64,000 bases of DNA from Octopus sinensis (Eukaryota): NCBI RefSeq assembly GCF_006345805.1, contig NC_042998.1:20336001-20400000 (forward strand). Reading direction: 5' to 3'. The translations under genes and the position numbers were made by a program. The notes under the pieces were generated by a model. It was not told where the DNA came from. It worked only from the letters and a program-made list of their open reading frames with translations, and searched no databases. Below are positions 26,350 through 39,633 of the stretch, in pieces (within the stretch, counting starts at the first letter, position 1; every line of letters begins with the position of its first letter).

Positions 26350-26740
26350 TAGATATTAATGTGTGCTTCATAAGTAATCATACTTACCGGTAATCAAACA
26401 ATTTTACAGACTGTATATTGTGTAGCAATAAATATTGTTTAAATGCTTAGATCCGTCCTCTTAGAGTAGGAGAAAGGAAAATCAAGTGACGTGTGTCGGG
26501 TTTATACAAATACTCACATAAGAAAGTGATATTGGATTGAATCATAAAATTCACTCTTAATTGTAGCTAGGATAAATCGAACAGCATTTTACTACCATTT
26601 ATCCTTAAAATAATAACTACCTATATATATACATACATATATATATATATATTTATACTAAAGCAAATAAATCTTCATATTTCGAGAAACTAATAATATA
26701 CATCAAATAAAAGTCTGACGAAGAGGTGATGGAAAAGGAA

Positions 26741-27060
26741 AGTAGTGGTGGTGGTGGTAATAGTAGTAGTAGTGGTGATAGTAGCTGTAACAGCAGTGGT
26801 AGTGGTCGTGATGGTAGTGGTAGTAGTAGTGGTGGTGGTGGTAATAGTAGTAGTAGTGGTGATAGTAGCTGTAGCAACAGTGGTAGTAGCGGTGATGGTA
26901 GTAGTGGTATGGTGGTAGTGGGAGCAGCAGTGATGGTGATGGTGGTGGTGGTAGTGGTGTGGTTGTGGTGGTGGTGGTGGTAGTAGTAGTAGTGGTGGTG
27001 GTGGCAGCAGCAGTGGTGATGGTGGTAGTAGTAGTAGTTAGAAGAAGAAGAAGAAGAAGA
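26741..27060. repeat. Compound (GTA/GTG/GCA/GAA)n trinucleotide repeat with internal ~72-bp duplication
   Basis: Directly visible. Confidence 0.9.
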
Positions 27061-27399
27061 AACTATACACGAAGACACATATATGAATATACTGTCTCCT
27101 TTCTGAGGTGGAGCTCTTTCAAAACGTTTTCCAGAACCAAGAAATAAGACGCAGTTGCACCATTTTAATTTCTCTCGGGTGTCTGCATCTGTCTGTGATG
27201 TTGTGGTGGGTCTTTTTCTTCTTTTTTAATACCCGGAAATCTGTGTTTACGTGCGCCTGATTCTCTAAGTCCGTGTGCTTTGTATGTGTTGGTGGTGGTA
27301 GTTGAGGGCGCGGTGGTCGTGATGGTTCTGCGTCGTTTAACGAGGAGGATTCATTTGTTCAATCAACTGAATTACTCCTGGATTAACAAGCAAGTGATT

Positions 27400-27690
27400 A
27401 ACGGCTTAGTGATTACGATATTCGGCTCATGATCGTAAGGTCGTCAGTTCGATTTCCGGTGGTGCGTTGCGTCCTTGAGCGAGACACTTCATTTCCCGTT
27501 GCTTCTGTCCACTCAGCTGGCAAAAATGAGTAATCTAAACGACCAGCCTTGTCACATTATGCGTAAAGCTAAATCCCCCCTGAGAAAGGGTTCGCGTGTC
27601 TGTGGGGTACTCAGCCAGTCACACATTAATTTTACGAGTAGACTATTCTGTTGATCGGGTCGACTGGAATTCTTATCATCGTAACCGAGG
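27400..27690 (+). mobile_element. SINE family D head/body plus tail type 1 (diverged)
   Basis: ggcttagtgatta..gtccttgagcgagacacttc..cactcagctggcaaaaatgag, then tail-1 sequence. Confidence 0.75.
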
Positions 27691-28287
27691 GTTTGATAGA
27701 ACAAATGTAACTGGTTGAGTATTCCGCAGACTCGTGAACTCTTTATGTAATTCGTAGGCAGAATTAACTCGCGAGACAAGGTCCTAACTTTGAATTATAC
27801 GTACAATCGACTCGATGGGCTTCTGTGCAGTTTCCATTTGCCCAAAAACAAATTTAACTATTCAGATAGACTCTACCAGTGTTCTGTGCATTGTGTGTGT
27901 CCATATGCATGTTTGCGTGTATGTGTGTCTGCATATGTATGAGTGTGTGTGTGTGTGTGCGTGTGTATGTATATGTGTGCGTGTATGAGTATATATATAT
28001 ATATAGATAGACAGATAAAACTTACTTGGAAAAGGATGCGTGGCATTCGATCATACAATATAGATAATATATAAATATATGCATATATATATATACATAT
28101 ATGTACACACCTACATCTATATGTATATATACATGCATATATGGGTACAGGTTTAACGGTTTTTTTTATGTCCTGTACCCATATATGCATGTATATATAC
28201 ATATAGATGTAGGTGTGTACATATATGTATGCATATATGCATATATTTATATGCATATATTTATATATATATATATATATATATATA

Positions 28288-29497
28288 CAGGGGTTGGACA
28301 AAATATGGGGTAGCACCGCCCTTGGCAGCAATTATTACAGCTTGAGGTCTACGAGGTATCGACTAGTACAAAGTTTGAATTGTTCCCAAAGGAATTTTTG
28401 TCCATTCTTCTGCTAAAACAGTCTCCAGTTCTTGTAGTAATGATGGTGGAGGATATCCACTCCTTACTTGTTTTTCTAAAATGCACCATAACTGTTCAAT
28501 AATATTGAGATCTGGGAACTGTGGTGGCCAGATAAGATGTTCAACTTCACTAGAATGTTCCTCGTGCCATTCAGTAACAAATTTAGCTGTGTGAATTGAT
28601 GCATTATCATCCGGAAAGATTGCGTTTCCCTCCGGAAACAGTTCCGCAACCATAGGATGAATTTGATCAGATAAAATATTTAGTTTTGACTATTAATTCT
28701 GCCATGAAGGGAAACCATTGGGGCGGCGGATTTCCAAGATATAGCCCCCCAGATCATTACGGATCTTCCGTGTTTAACAGTTGGGAGAAGGCAGTCTGAG
28801 TCCAATGCTTCTTTTGGCTGTCTCCACACATATACTCGGTCGGTAGTCGGAAATAATGTAAAGGATGACTCGCCCGAGAAAATAAAATTCTTCCACTTGT
28901 CTAGGGACCAATTCTGTAGGTTTTTATTCCACTCTAAACGCCTTACAACGTTTGATTTTCTGATTGCAGCACTCCCGTGAAATCCGGCTGTGTGCAGCTC
29001 CCGGCGAACAGTTTTTGAGGAAACTGGGTTCTCAAGGTGGTCATTAAGCTTTGCAATAATTTGGGGAGCTATACTTTTGTGATCCTTTCTAACCATTCGC
29101 GTAAGAGTCCGACGCTCACTATCTGAAAGTTTTGGTGTTCTTCTGGAGTTTTTTTTCGACGGGGAGGTTTTTTACCCTCTTTCTCAAAGGCTGTCATTAC
29201 TTTCGAGACAGTACTTCTTGATACACCAAACATTTCAACTGTTTTTCATTACGCTAGCGCCTGCCATACGAGCACCAACAATTTGAAATTCCGATAGAAC
29301 AGTCATTTTAATGACTTTTAATTACCTTATTCTGACGATATCTGAAAACAAAACAGCAATTTTAGCAAAACATATCAAGCAACACTAATAATAGATAAAA
29401 AAAACATAACAATAAGCAAGCTTTTGACAGTTTTATAGATATTCCAAAATTATGATGCTATGATGCTAGGTGTTTCCATTATTTTGTCCAACCCCTG
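28288..29497 (-). pseudogene. Tc1-like (DD34E) transposon with both TIRs and a disrupted transposase
   Basis: TIR caggggttggacaaaata with TA flanks; HTH QIVGARMAGAS; FSGES (D>G), DDNASIH, WPPQFPDLNIIE; ORF pieces 28680-29096 and 28363-28653. Confidence 0.92.
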
Positions 29498-29525
29498 TAT
29501 ATGCATAAATATATACGCATATATA

Positions 29526-29579
<54 letters not shown>

Positions 29580-29581
<2 letters not shown>

Positions 29582-29960
29582 TCTTTTTTTCTCTTTGACT
29601 GCGGTCATGCTGGAGCACCGCCTTTTAGTCGAGCAAATCGACCCCGGGACTTATCCTTTGTAAGCTCAGTGCTTATTCTATCGGTCTCCTTTGCTAAGTG
29701 ACGGGGACGTAAACACACCAGCATCGGTTGTCAAGCAATGCTAGGGGGGATAAACACAGACACACACATACATACACACATATATATACATATATACGAC
29801 AGGCTTCTTTCAGTTTCCGTCTACCAAATCCACTCACAAGGCATTGGTCGGCCCGGGGCTATAGCTGAAGACACTTGGCCAAGATGCCACGCAGTGGGAC
29901 TGAACCCGGAACCATGTGGTTGGTTAGCGAGCTACTTACCACACAGCCACTCCTGCGCCT
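29580..29960 (-). mobile_element. SINE family A
   Basis: Full-length reverse copy between (TA)n tracts. Confidence 0.9.
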
Positions 29961-30435
29961 TTATATATATTATATATATATATATATATAAGTGTGTGTG
30001 TGTGTGCGTGTGTGTGTGTGTATACATATACATATTTATACATGTGCTGAACATAAATCCAAATATCACATCGAAGGGTAGAGTAAAAAGCTGCATCCGA
30101 GTCACATTGTATGTTCAGATATATCGAAAAATATAAATCATTTACTGTATAAACAGACAATTTCTGATAGAATAACATTCAATGATGAAGTAGTAGGGTG
30201 GAAGTAGAACAGCGTACCCATACATCATATCATACGTACATCCTTACATATACTCACATACATGTATAGACATGCATACATACATACATACATACATATA
30301 TATATATGAATATATGAATGTGTATATGAATATATGTATGTGTATATGATTGATTGATTGATTGATTCTAGTTTCAGCTTATGAGCTGTGGCCATGCTGG
30401 GGCACCGCCATTTGGTGTTGCTACTTGGTTTCACT

Positions 30436-31960
30436 TCATGGAGGCTTTCTAGCAACTGCTATTTGGTGCATGAGAGAGTTCGATGCAGCTGCCCTCATCT
30501 GCCCCTCCTGCCGTGAAGTTGGTTCATCTGGGACACCTGACAGGAAGAGATCCAGCTTCATTTTAAAGACATCTGTATCCACCCCATGCAGGTCTCTCAG
30601 GTTCTTCGGGAGGATATTGAAGAGCTGTGGGCCTCGGAAGCCCAGGCTATCACAGAATCTTGTCCTACATCTTGATGGCAGGTTTGGAGTCCTAGGCACC
30701 ACGCAGTGGCGCCCAGTTCTGGCATTTGCGTAACTCTCGATGCCAAAGTTCAGGACACTTCCCTCCAGGATCTTCCAGATGTATATTATGGCATATCTTT
30801 CCCGCCTACGCTCCAGGGAATATAATTTTAATCTCTTGAGTCTTTCCCAGTAGCTTACATCTGCATAGAGGCTATCTTCTTTGTGTAGCTTCGTTGGGTC
30901 GCCTCAAGTTCTGTGATCAACTTGACACTGGATGGTGACCATAGCTGAGAGCAATAGTCAAAGTGGCTTAGGACAAGTGTCTTCCAGAGGACCATCATGG
31001 TTTCTTGTTCTCTTGTTCTAAAGGTTCTAAGAATCCATCCAGCCAGCCGTCTACATTTCATTGTCAGTTTAGCAACATGTACATGAAAGGTCGCGTCATC
31101 ACTCATGTGAATACCCAGGTCACGCACTGATTGTGCCTCTGGGATTGCAATCCCTCCGGGTCCAGTGTATTCATTGGGTATTGCATTCAGTTTTGCATGC
31201 TGATAGTATAAAGCTTGAAACTTTCCAGCATTGAACTGCATGCTATTCTTTTCAGCCCACTTGTATATTTCGTCCAGCTCACATTGCAGGTGTTTAGTGT
31301 CCTCAGGGTTCTGTATTGCCTGTGAAACTTTTGTATCATCTGCATAACTTGTGATCGTGGCTCTCTGCGTGGCTGAGGGCATGTCTGAGAGGGCCATTAT
31401 GAACAGTAGTGGTCCCAGAACAGTGCCCTGCGGAACACCGCTCACTATTTGTGTGTTAATGGAGGTGGCCCCATTGGCTACTACCACCTGACTTCTATCC
31501 TTCAGAAAGTCATGAAGCCATTCTCCCAGTTTTCCAACTATGTTGAGATCACGCAGTTTGTGACATATCATTCCATGATCGACTTTATCAAAGGCCTTTG
31601 CAAAGTCGAGATATATCACTTCCACATTTGAGTGGTTGAGCAGCCGTTTCAGCACCCAGTCATAGTGTTGTAGGAGCTGAGTTAAACAGCTTCTCCCTGG
31701 TCGGAAACCATGTTGGGTGTCGGGCAGCAAGTCATTCTCTTCAAGGAAGGTGATCAGCTTCCTTCTGACTATTCGTTCCATGACCTTGCTGATGTGTGAG
31801 GTCAGAGAGATAGGTCTATAGTTCTTGGCTTCCGCTCTGCTACCTCCTTTATGAATGGGGCATATTTTACCTTCCTTCAGTTTTCCTGGAAGTTTGCCAG
31901 CTGCAAGGAAGCTCTGAAAGAGGAACTGCAGTGGTCTTGCTAGGACTCTCTTACATGCTT
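30436..31960 (-). pseudogene. LINE ORF2 reverse transcriptase and C-terminal domain
   Basis: QHGFRPGRSCLTQLL, YLDFAKAFDKVDH, GVPQGTVLGPLLF, YADD; frameshifts near 31960 and 30855. Confidence 0.95.
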
Positions 31961-33400
31961 TTAGGAGGATTGCCGGAATCCATCGGGGCCAGTAGCTGAG
32001 TCTGTTTTCATTTCATCTATAGCCTTGGTTACATCTTCTTCCTTTATATCGATGTAATCTATCGTCGCCGCCTCTGATTTTATATCTGCAGTGTTAAAAA
32101 AGTCAGTTGGATTGGTGATTTGGAGATGCCCAAGGGATGGAGTGAAAACACTCTTGAATTGCTCATTCAGTATTTCACTTACCCTCATTGGTTTTCCTGT
32201 AAGTGTGCCATCCTTTTCGAGGAGTGGCCCTATTCTACAGTGCACTGTAGCTGTTTCTTTGGCATACCTGTAGAAAGCTCTGGGGTTAGATTTTATGTTT
32301 TCTATAGCCCAGGCTTCTCTGTCTGCTCTTTCTTTTTCATGGGAGAGTTGCAGACATTTTTCGATTTCCAACAGTTTTATTTTTAGGCGGGACTTTTCAC
32401 TGCTTTCAATCTGTTTGTTTAGGCGATTTGAAAATTTCGTACGCCGTCTCATTAAAATTTTCCACTCTCTGGGGATTTTGTTCTTGTGTACAGTGGCCTT
32501 TCTCTCTGGGACACATTTGTAGCATATGGCTTGCATTATAGACATGAATTGTTGAAGTTTCACGTCGATGTCTGGCGAGGAGAGACATTTAGGCCAGTTT
32601 TGTTTGAGGATCTCTTTCTCAATTTGTTTCCAGTTTGCCTTATGGTAGTTCAAGCTGGAAAGATTTTGAGGGTTTCTTGTAGGCTGCATGTCCGTGCTCT
32701 CTTTTGGCCCGTACATGGTCAGCTCTATCATGTTGTGATCCGAGAGTAGTGTCGGTGTCACTTTCACATTATGGATGAGATCCATGTCATTTGTGAAGCA
32801 GAGATCCAGTGTGTTTCCTGCCCTGGTTGGTTGGAGTATTACCTGCTCCATGTACAGGGTGTTGATGAGGTTCAGGAGGGACCTCGCCTGTCCTCGTTCA
32901 CATCTTGTCATTCCTGGGAGAGAAAGGCCCTCGGGCCATCTGACATTGGGCAGATTGAAGTCTCCCATAAGAAGCACACCTATGTGTTGTTCTAATGTGG
33001 TTAGAATTTCTTCTATTTTTATAAGGCAGTCTTCAAACTTGCCCACATGGCTTCGGGCATCTGGAGGGCGATATGTAGCACACACAACTACATCAAGTTG
33101 CCTGATATGTACAATTAGTGTGTCACACACCGAGTTTGAGTATGACAAGAGGACCTGGGTGTGAGGTCCTCACGGATGTACATAGCAACACCTCCATGAC
33201 TCCTTTCTTTCCTGTCGGTCCGTAGTACAGCATACTGTGGTATGTGTAACTCCGCATCTGCTATGTCCGGTTTCAGGTGCGTTCTGTAAGTGCTATGCAT
33301 AAGGCTTGATTGCATGCAACAAAGTCTCTCAGGAACGGGATCTTTGTCCTGTTACTGAGTGTTTGCAGTCCTCTGATGTTCATTAGGAGCATCGAGGTGA
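31961..33400 (-). pseudogene. LINE ORF2 apurinic-like endonuclease plus linker
   Basis: MNIRGL, IALTE, GGVAMYI, YRPP, MGDFN, LDLCFT, SDH motifs; frameshifts near 33285 and 33150. Confidence 0.93.
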
Positions 33401-33812
33401 GGTGTACGTTGTTGCCGGCGGTGTCCATCCTGTGTCTGTTTGCTGTGGTGGTCTGGTATATAGTGGGTAGTCCCACCTGCGGGCTTGGGTTTGATGAAGC
33501 CAGGTCAGCTGCTGTACAATCTTTTGTGCCATGCACAAAAAAGATTGTTGCTCAGCAGCTGCTCTTTCGACATCATGTTGGCTGTTTGTGGCGCGCACAA
33601 CATCTGCGTACCCCCGCTTTGGGGCAGGTGGTGCGTGGTCCATCCCTTTTCTTTGTGTTGATGGTTTGTCCATCTGCCTCGTGTCTCTGTGGCAGGGTCC
33701 CCGATGTGCAAAGCGGCAGCCTGCACCTTCCTTTCCATGCCAGCAGGAACCTCTCAGGTAGAACATACACACCCGTGTGCGCTGTTTGGTTCCATCCTTT
33801 GCGGTTCCACTT
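33383..33812 (-). pseudogene. LINE ORF1 remnant with CCCH zinc finger
   Basis: [22 protein letters not shown] = C-x7-C-x8-C-x3-H; frame open to the truncation point. Confidence 0.7.
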
Positions 33813-33934
33813 CTGAATATATGTATATGAATATATGTATATATATATAGATATATATATATATATATGAATATATGTGTATATGAATATATGTGTATAT
33901 GAATATATATATATATGAATATATGTGTATAGAA

Positions 33935-34034
33935 NNNNNNNNNNNNNNNNNNNNNNNNNNNNNNNNNNNNNNNNNNNNNNNNNNNNNNNNNNNNNNNNNN
34001 NNNNNNNNNNNNNNNNNNNNNNNNNNNNNNNNNN
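33935..34034. other. Assembly gap (100 N)
   Basis: Run of exactly 100 N, probably a placeholder of unknown size. Confidence 0.99.
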
Positions 34035-34855
34035 CCCGTGAACGAGAAGCAGTTAGAGTAAGGACAAGTTCGGCAGACGAATGTGTTGGGGGTGTCAGGT
34101 TCAGGGTTGGAGCGGAGGTCGAGAAAGTGTTGAAGTGCCTGCAGTCCTTCGTGGTGAGGGATAACGGAGAGAGAGAGAGAGAGATCTGGGAGATTTTCTT
34201 ATGGTAGTGAAATAGTTAGTTTTAACTCCTATTTCTAAATTTCGGTATGTGGTGAAGCAAATTTTTGCTGAACCCTAATTATAATTATACTCATAATTAT
34301 AAAATTTTTGTTTATGTTTACCGATAATGGTTCTTTTAACATACCGAACTACTTAGTAAAATTATTAATTATTAATTAATTTTACCCTTTATTATTATTA
34401 TTATTGATGATATATATATATATACATACGTCTATGTGTGAGTTTATGTGTGTGCGGGATGTGTGTATGTATATATGTGTGAGTGTGTCAGTGTGTTTGT
34501 GATGGATATCTGCGTTGTTCCCACAAGTCCTTTCTACTAAAAATCTATTAGCCAAACGGATATATCGCTAGAATAAACTTGACCAACAAGCAGCACAGTG
34601 GGATGGTAGACGACACAATGTGATTGCAAAGGGAACTAAAACACACACACATACATACATACATACATACATACATACATACAAACATACGCACATACAT
34701 ACATACATACATACATACATACATACACACATACATACATACATACATACATACATACATGCGCGTGTGTATCTGTATTTATGTATATGTATGTGTATAT
34801 GTATGAATGTATCGGCCCTTGAGTCACTTTGTTGTTTCTGCTAAATATATATATT

Positions 34856-35018
34856 GGTGTAGGAGTGGCTATGTGGTAAGTAACTTGCTAACGAACCACA
34901 TGGTTCCGGGTTCAGTCCCACTGCGTGGCACCTTGGGCAAGTGTCTTCTACTATAGTCTCGGGTCGACCAAAGCCTTGTGACTGGATTTGGCACACGTAA
35001 ACTGAAAGAAGCCCGTCG

Positions 35019-35050
<32 letters not shown>

Positions 35051-35268
35051 GGTGTGTGTGTTTGTGGTCTGTGTTGTCAACCAACATCGCTTGACAACCG
35101 ACCGATGCTGTGTGTTACGTCCCCGTAACTTAGCGGTCGGCCAAAAGAGACCGATAAAATAATTACTAGGCTTACAAAGAATAAGTCCTGGGTCGATTTG
35201 GTCGACTGAAGGCGGTGCTCCAGCATGGTCACAGTCAAGTGACTGAAACAAGTAAAAGAGTAAAAGAT
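34856..35268 (+). mobile_element. SINE family A
   Basis: Matches family A. Confidence 0.9.
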
Positions 35269-35304
35269 ATATATATATACACACACACACAGATATATAT
35301 ACGT

Positions 35305-35482
35305 GTGATTTTTTTTCCTCTGTCTTCCCTTCTCTGGATCTTTCCTTCTCCTATGTTTCCGACGAAGAGCTCCGCTCGAAACATTAGACCCTCCTTCTTT
35401 CCTGAGCGTCCAATAATACTATATTTGTTCCACGTCCTCGCGTCGTTTTTTTTTTTGTGCTTTCATGTTTGGATTAAACTAT
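35305..35482 (+). mobile_element. Short Penelope-like (pLTR-type) repeat with hammerhead-like motif
   Basis: Near-identical to 62228-62410; motif gttt-ccgacga-a-gagc/gctc-gaaa at 35355-35389; bordered by (TA)n. Confidence 0.6.
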
Positions 35483-35495
35483 ATATATAAATACA

Positions 35496-35536
<41 letters not shown>

Positions 35537-36039
35537 ACAGACACACACATATATATATGTAAAGACAGACACGTACATTCACACATTCACAAAGCATACG
35601 CACTCACACAGATGCACACGCGAAAACATTTGCACCTTTTTTTTTCCTTCTTTTTGTTATACTTCGTTTCCTGAAGACATTTCGTTTGCACCCAGCAGCC
35701 AAGTTGGTGCCAGACGTAATGGTTTGCCCACCTAGTTTGATAGCAAGTGTAGAGAGGGTGTGGAGGGAATTAATGCGTCTACTGTCTGTCTACTTATTCA
35801 CCTTCTCTTTTTCATATCTCTATCTTTATAACTACCTATATCTCTCCATTTATCTACAAAACTCGTATGAATATTTATATATCTACATTAATATATGTTT
35901 TCATGTGTGTGTGGGTTTGTTGGTATGTGTACTTGTTTAGATATGTTAGCTTGCACATACATACTCTAACTTACAATCACATATACACGGACAATTATAT
36001 ATACAAAAATATATATACAAACACATCCATACAGACCTA

Positions 36040-36391
36040 CGCGTATATATAGATACATATATATATTTATATATACACATATATATATATACACATATAT
36101 ATATACACACATATATATATATACACATATATATATATACACATATATATATACATATATATACATATATATATACATATATCTATATATATATACATAT
36201 ATATGTACATATATATATAGATATACAATATTATGTAAAATATATATATTATATATATATATATACATATATATATATAAATATATATACATATATGTAC
36301 ATATTATATAGATATACATATATATAATATATATACATATATAATATACATATATATATAAATATATACATATATATACATACATATATGC

Positions 36392-36433
<42 letters not shown>

Positions 36434-36448
36434 TATATTATAATATGT

Positions 36449-36501
<53 letters not shown>

Positions 36502-36852
36502 CATTTATATATATAATATATATATATATATATACATATAACATATATATATACATTTATATATATATATATACATATATACATAATATATACATATATA
36601 CATATATATATACATTTATATATATATATACATATATACATATAATACATATATACATATATAATATACATTTATATTATATTACATAATACATATAATA
36701 TATACATATATACATATATATATACATTTATATATATAATATATATACATATATACATATATATATACATTTATATATATATATATATATACATTATTCA
36801 TATATATATACATTATATATGTATATATCTAATTATATATATATATAATATA

Positions 36853-36893
<41 letters not shown>

Positions 36894-37352
36894 ATATATA
36901 TATATACATATATACATATATATAATATACATATATACATATATATATATACATTTATATATATAATACATATATACATATATAATACATATATACATAT
37001 ATATATACATTTATATATATATATATATATACATATATACATATATATATACATTTATATATATATATATATATATATACATATATACATATATATATAC
37101 ATTTATATATATATATATATATACATATATACATATATATATACATTTATATATATATATATATACATATATTCATATATATATACATTTATATATTATA
37201 TATATATATAATACATATATTCATATATATACATTATATTATATATATATATATTATACATATATTCATATATTATATATATATACATAATTATATACAT
37301 TTATATATATATATTATATACATTTATATATATATATATATCATAATATTAC

Positions 37353-37385
<33 letters not shown>

Positions 37386-37422
37386 CATATATACATATAT
37401 ATATATACATTTATATATATAT

Positions 37423-37475
<53 letters not shown>
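36040..37475. repeat. 1.4-kb degenerate (AT)n/(ACAT)n microsatellite
   Basis: Directly visible; almost G-free on the plus strand. Confidence 0.97.
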
Positions 37476-37479
<4 letters not shown>

Positions 37480-38333
37480 CATACTGATCAGTGTGTCTAT
37501 TTCTTTTGTAATTCGAGATAAACGTCTATTTCAGGCTTTCAAACAGCTTTGCTGGAAATTGCTTAATAACCACTGGCGGAAGTGTATAACCGACTGAGTC
37601 GCAGTTATGTCAAAGCAGCCATGATAGAATTCTTGCATAAATGAAAATAAACTGCCAGCAATGAAATAAAGTGCATTTTAATTGATATATGTTATTGAAG
37701 TTAGTGTATTCAAACATCCTGGAGAGACATGATGTGTTCTTGTATTTTGTCTGCGTGTGTTGTGTGTGTGGAAGGGGATTGGGAGCTTTTGGTTTTTCGT
37801 TCTTCCTTGTAATTCAATAACACGTTTTCCTTTTATATATAAACATGTATAAACAATATATTTTGTATGTGTGTGCGCGCCAGACAAAGACTGCGACCAT
37901 GCTAGGCACCCACCATTTGTGTGATTTTTAATATATTTCATATCAGGTCAACGCTCTCCTCTCACGTGTTTGGTTTTTATCTATGAGGGTACTGGACATT
38001 GCCGTCTTCGTCCGTATTTCTTGCCGCGGGGTGGATTTATTTAGTATGTGAGATAAATTTTGCACATATGTTTTTTTTAAATTCATTTACGCATTATAGG
38101 TCTCTATGACTTTTAGCAAAGTATTCAAACTTTATGAACCCCTGAACCCCAATGTGTTTCAGTATTACGTTCTCACACTAAATTGAGGGCTTTCGTACTA
38201 TGCGTCCAGGAAGCAGTTTTGTATAGATGTCGATCCTGAAGTTAGGTGCTAGATTCTGCTAGATATGTCGTGTGTGTGTGTGTCTGTGTATGTGTCTGTG
38301 TGTGTGTATCTGTGTGTATGTGTGATTGTGTGT

Positions 38334-38703
38334 GTGGAGGCGCAATGGCCCAGTCCTTAGGGCAGCGGACTCGCGGTCATACGATCGTGATTTCGATTTC
38401 CAGACCGGGTGTTGTGAGGGTTTATTGAGCGGGAATACTTAAAGCTCCACGAGACTCCGGTGGGAGGTGGTGGCGTACCCTGCTGTACTCTTTCACCACA
38501 ACTTTCTCTCACTCTTTCTGTTATATCTCTATTTCAAAACGCAAGCCTTGTCACACTCTGTATCACGCTAAATCTACCCGAGAACTACGTTAAGGGTACA
38601 CGTGTCTGTGGAGTGCTCAGCCACTTGCACGTTAATTTCACGAGCAGGCTGTTCCGTTGATTGGATCAAATTGAACCCTCGTCGTCGTAACCGATGGAGT
38701 GCC
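38334..38703 (+). mobile_element. SINE family B, tail type 1
   Basis: Matches 57006-57382. Confidence 0.88.
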
Positions 38704-38913
38704 GTAGTAATATGTATATATATATATATAACTCCATATATTTCTAGTTTCCTCAGCACTTTCACAGAAGCGGCGTGTTCCCCTTTTTTCTTGTTCTGAA
38801 TGATCTCTGAACTCAGCTGTCCAACCGTCCGTATATTATTGCCATCTTGGTAATATGCAGTTTATAATTATGTTTGTAATTATAGAATATTTGTATATAT
38901 TATATATATATAT

Positions 38914-38944
<31 letters not shown>

Positions 38945-38958
38945 GCCACACACACACT

Positions 38959-38993
<35 letters not shown>

Positions 38994-39031
38994 TATATAT
39001 TATATTATATATATAATATATATAATATATA

Positions 39032-39386
39032 ATTATATTAAATTAGAGAGACAAAATACTATTAGGCAAATCGAACAATGAAAAACTTAAGCCAATACAT
39101 AGATTATTTAATTATATTATTTAACAAAAAAATAAATTAATATCACACTACGATCATTGTTTAAACCTCGCCAAGATAAATATTTAAACCACCTGATGAA
39201 TGACTGTGACTCGAAAATTTGAAGAAGTTAGCAGCCATGAAACGATCGTAGTGTGATATTAATTATATTTTTTTAATAATTTTGTTATATATTTAAATAA
39301 TATAAATTAAATAATCTTATGTATTGGCTTAAGTTTTTCATTGTTTGATTTGCCTAATAGTGGTTTTGTCTCTAATTTAATATAAT
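39032..39386. repeat. Fold-back element (arms about 39032-39155 / 39244-39386) with hammerhead in the spacer
   Basis: Arms are imperfect reverse complements (ttaggcaaatc..aaaacttaagccaatacat / atgtattggcttaagtttt..gatttgcctaa); flanked by (TA)n. Confidence 0.85.
39190..39253 (+). ncRNA. Candidate type I hammerhead ribozyme (Penelope-associated, minimal stem III)
   Basis: Stem I cac/gtg; CUGAUGA 39193-39199; stem II atgactg-tgac/gttagcagccat; GAAA 39239-39242; C-GAUC-G palindromic stem III; GUA cleavage triplet 39248-39250. Confidence 0.65.
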
Positions 39387-39468
39387 ATAATATTTTACTA
39401 TAAAATTGGATTCAATCCTAAATCTGATTTTTCTCTGTAAGTTTAGATTTATTCCCTAATATTTATTA

Positions 39469-39535
<67 letters not shown>

Positions 39536-39633
39536 CAGCCACACACTCATATATATGTGTGTGTGTGTGTATAAATTAATCAGAAATATTAAATTTCTAA
39601 ATATCTCATAGAGATATGTACGGTGGTGGGGCG

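Larger units (their letters stand above)
30348..33812 (-). mobile_element. Near full-length CR1-group (CR1/L2-type) non-LTR retrotransposon, 5'-truncated, frameshifted
   Basis: ORF1 remnant + APE endonuclease + RT + 3' stem-loop + (AATC)n tail; embedded in a gaatatatgtat-type microsatellite. Confidence 0.95.

Noticed and set aside
26653-27147. Ser/Gly-rich or poly-His/Thr/Leu ORFs
   Set aside because: Compound trinucleotide repeat open on both strands; no splice or homology support.
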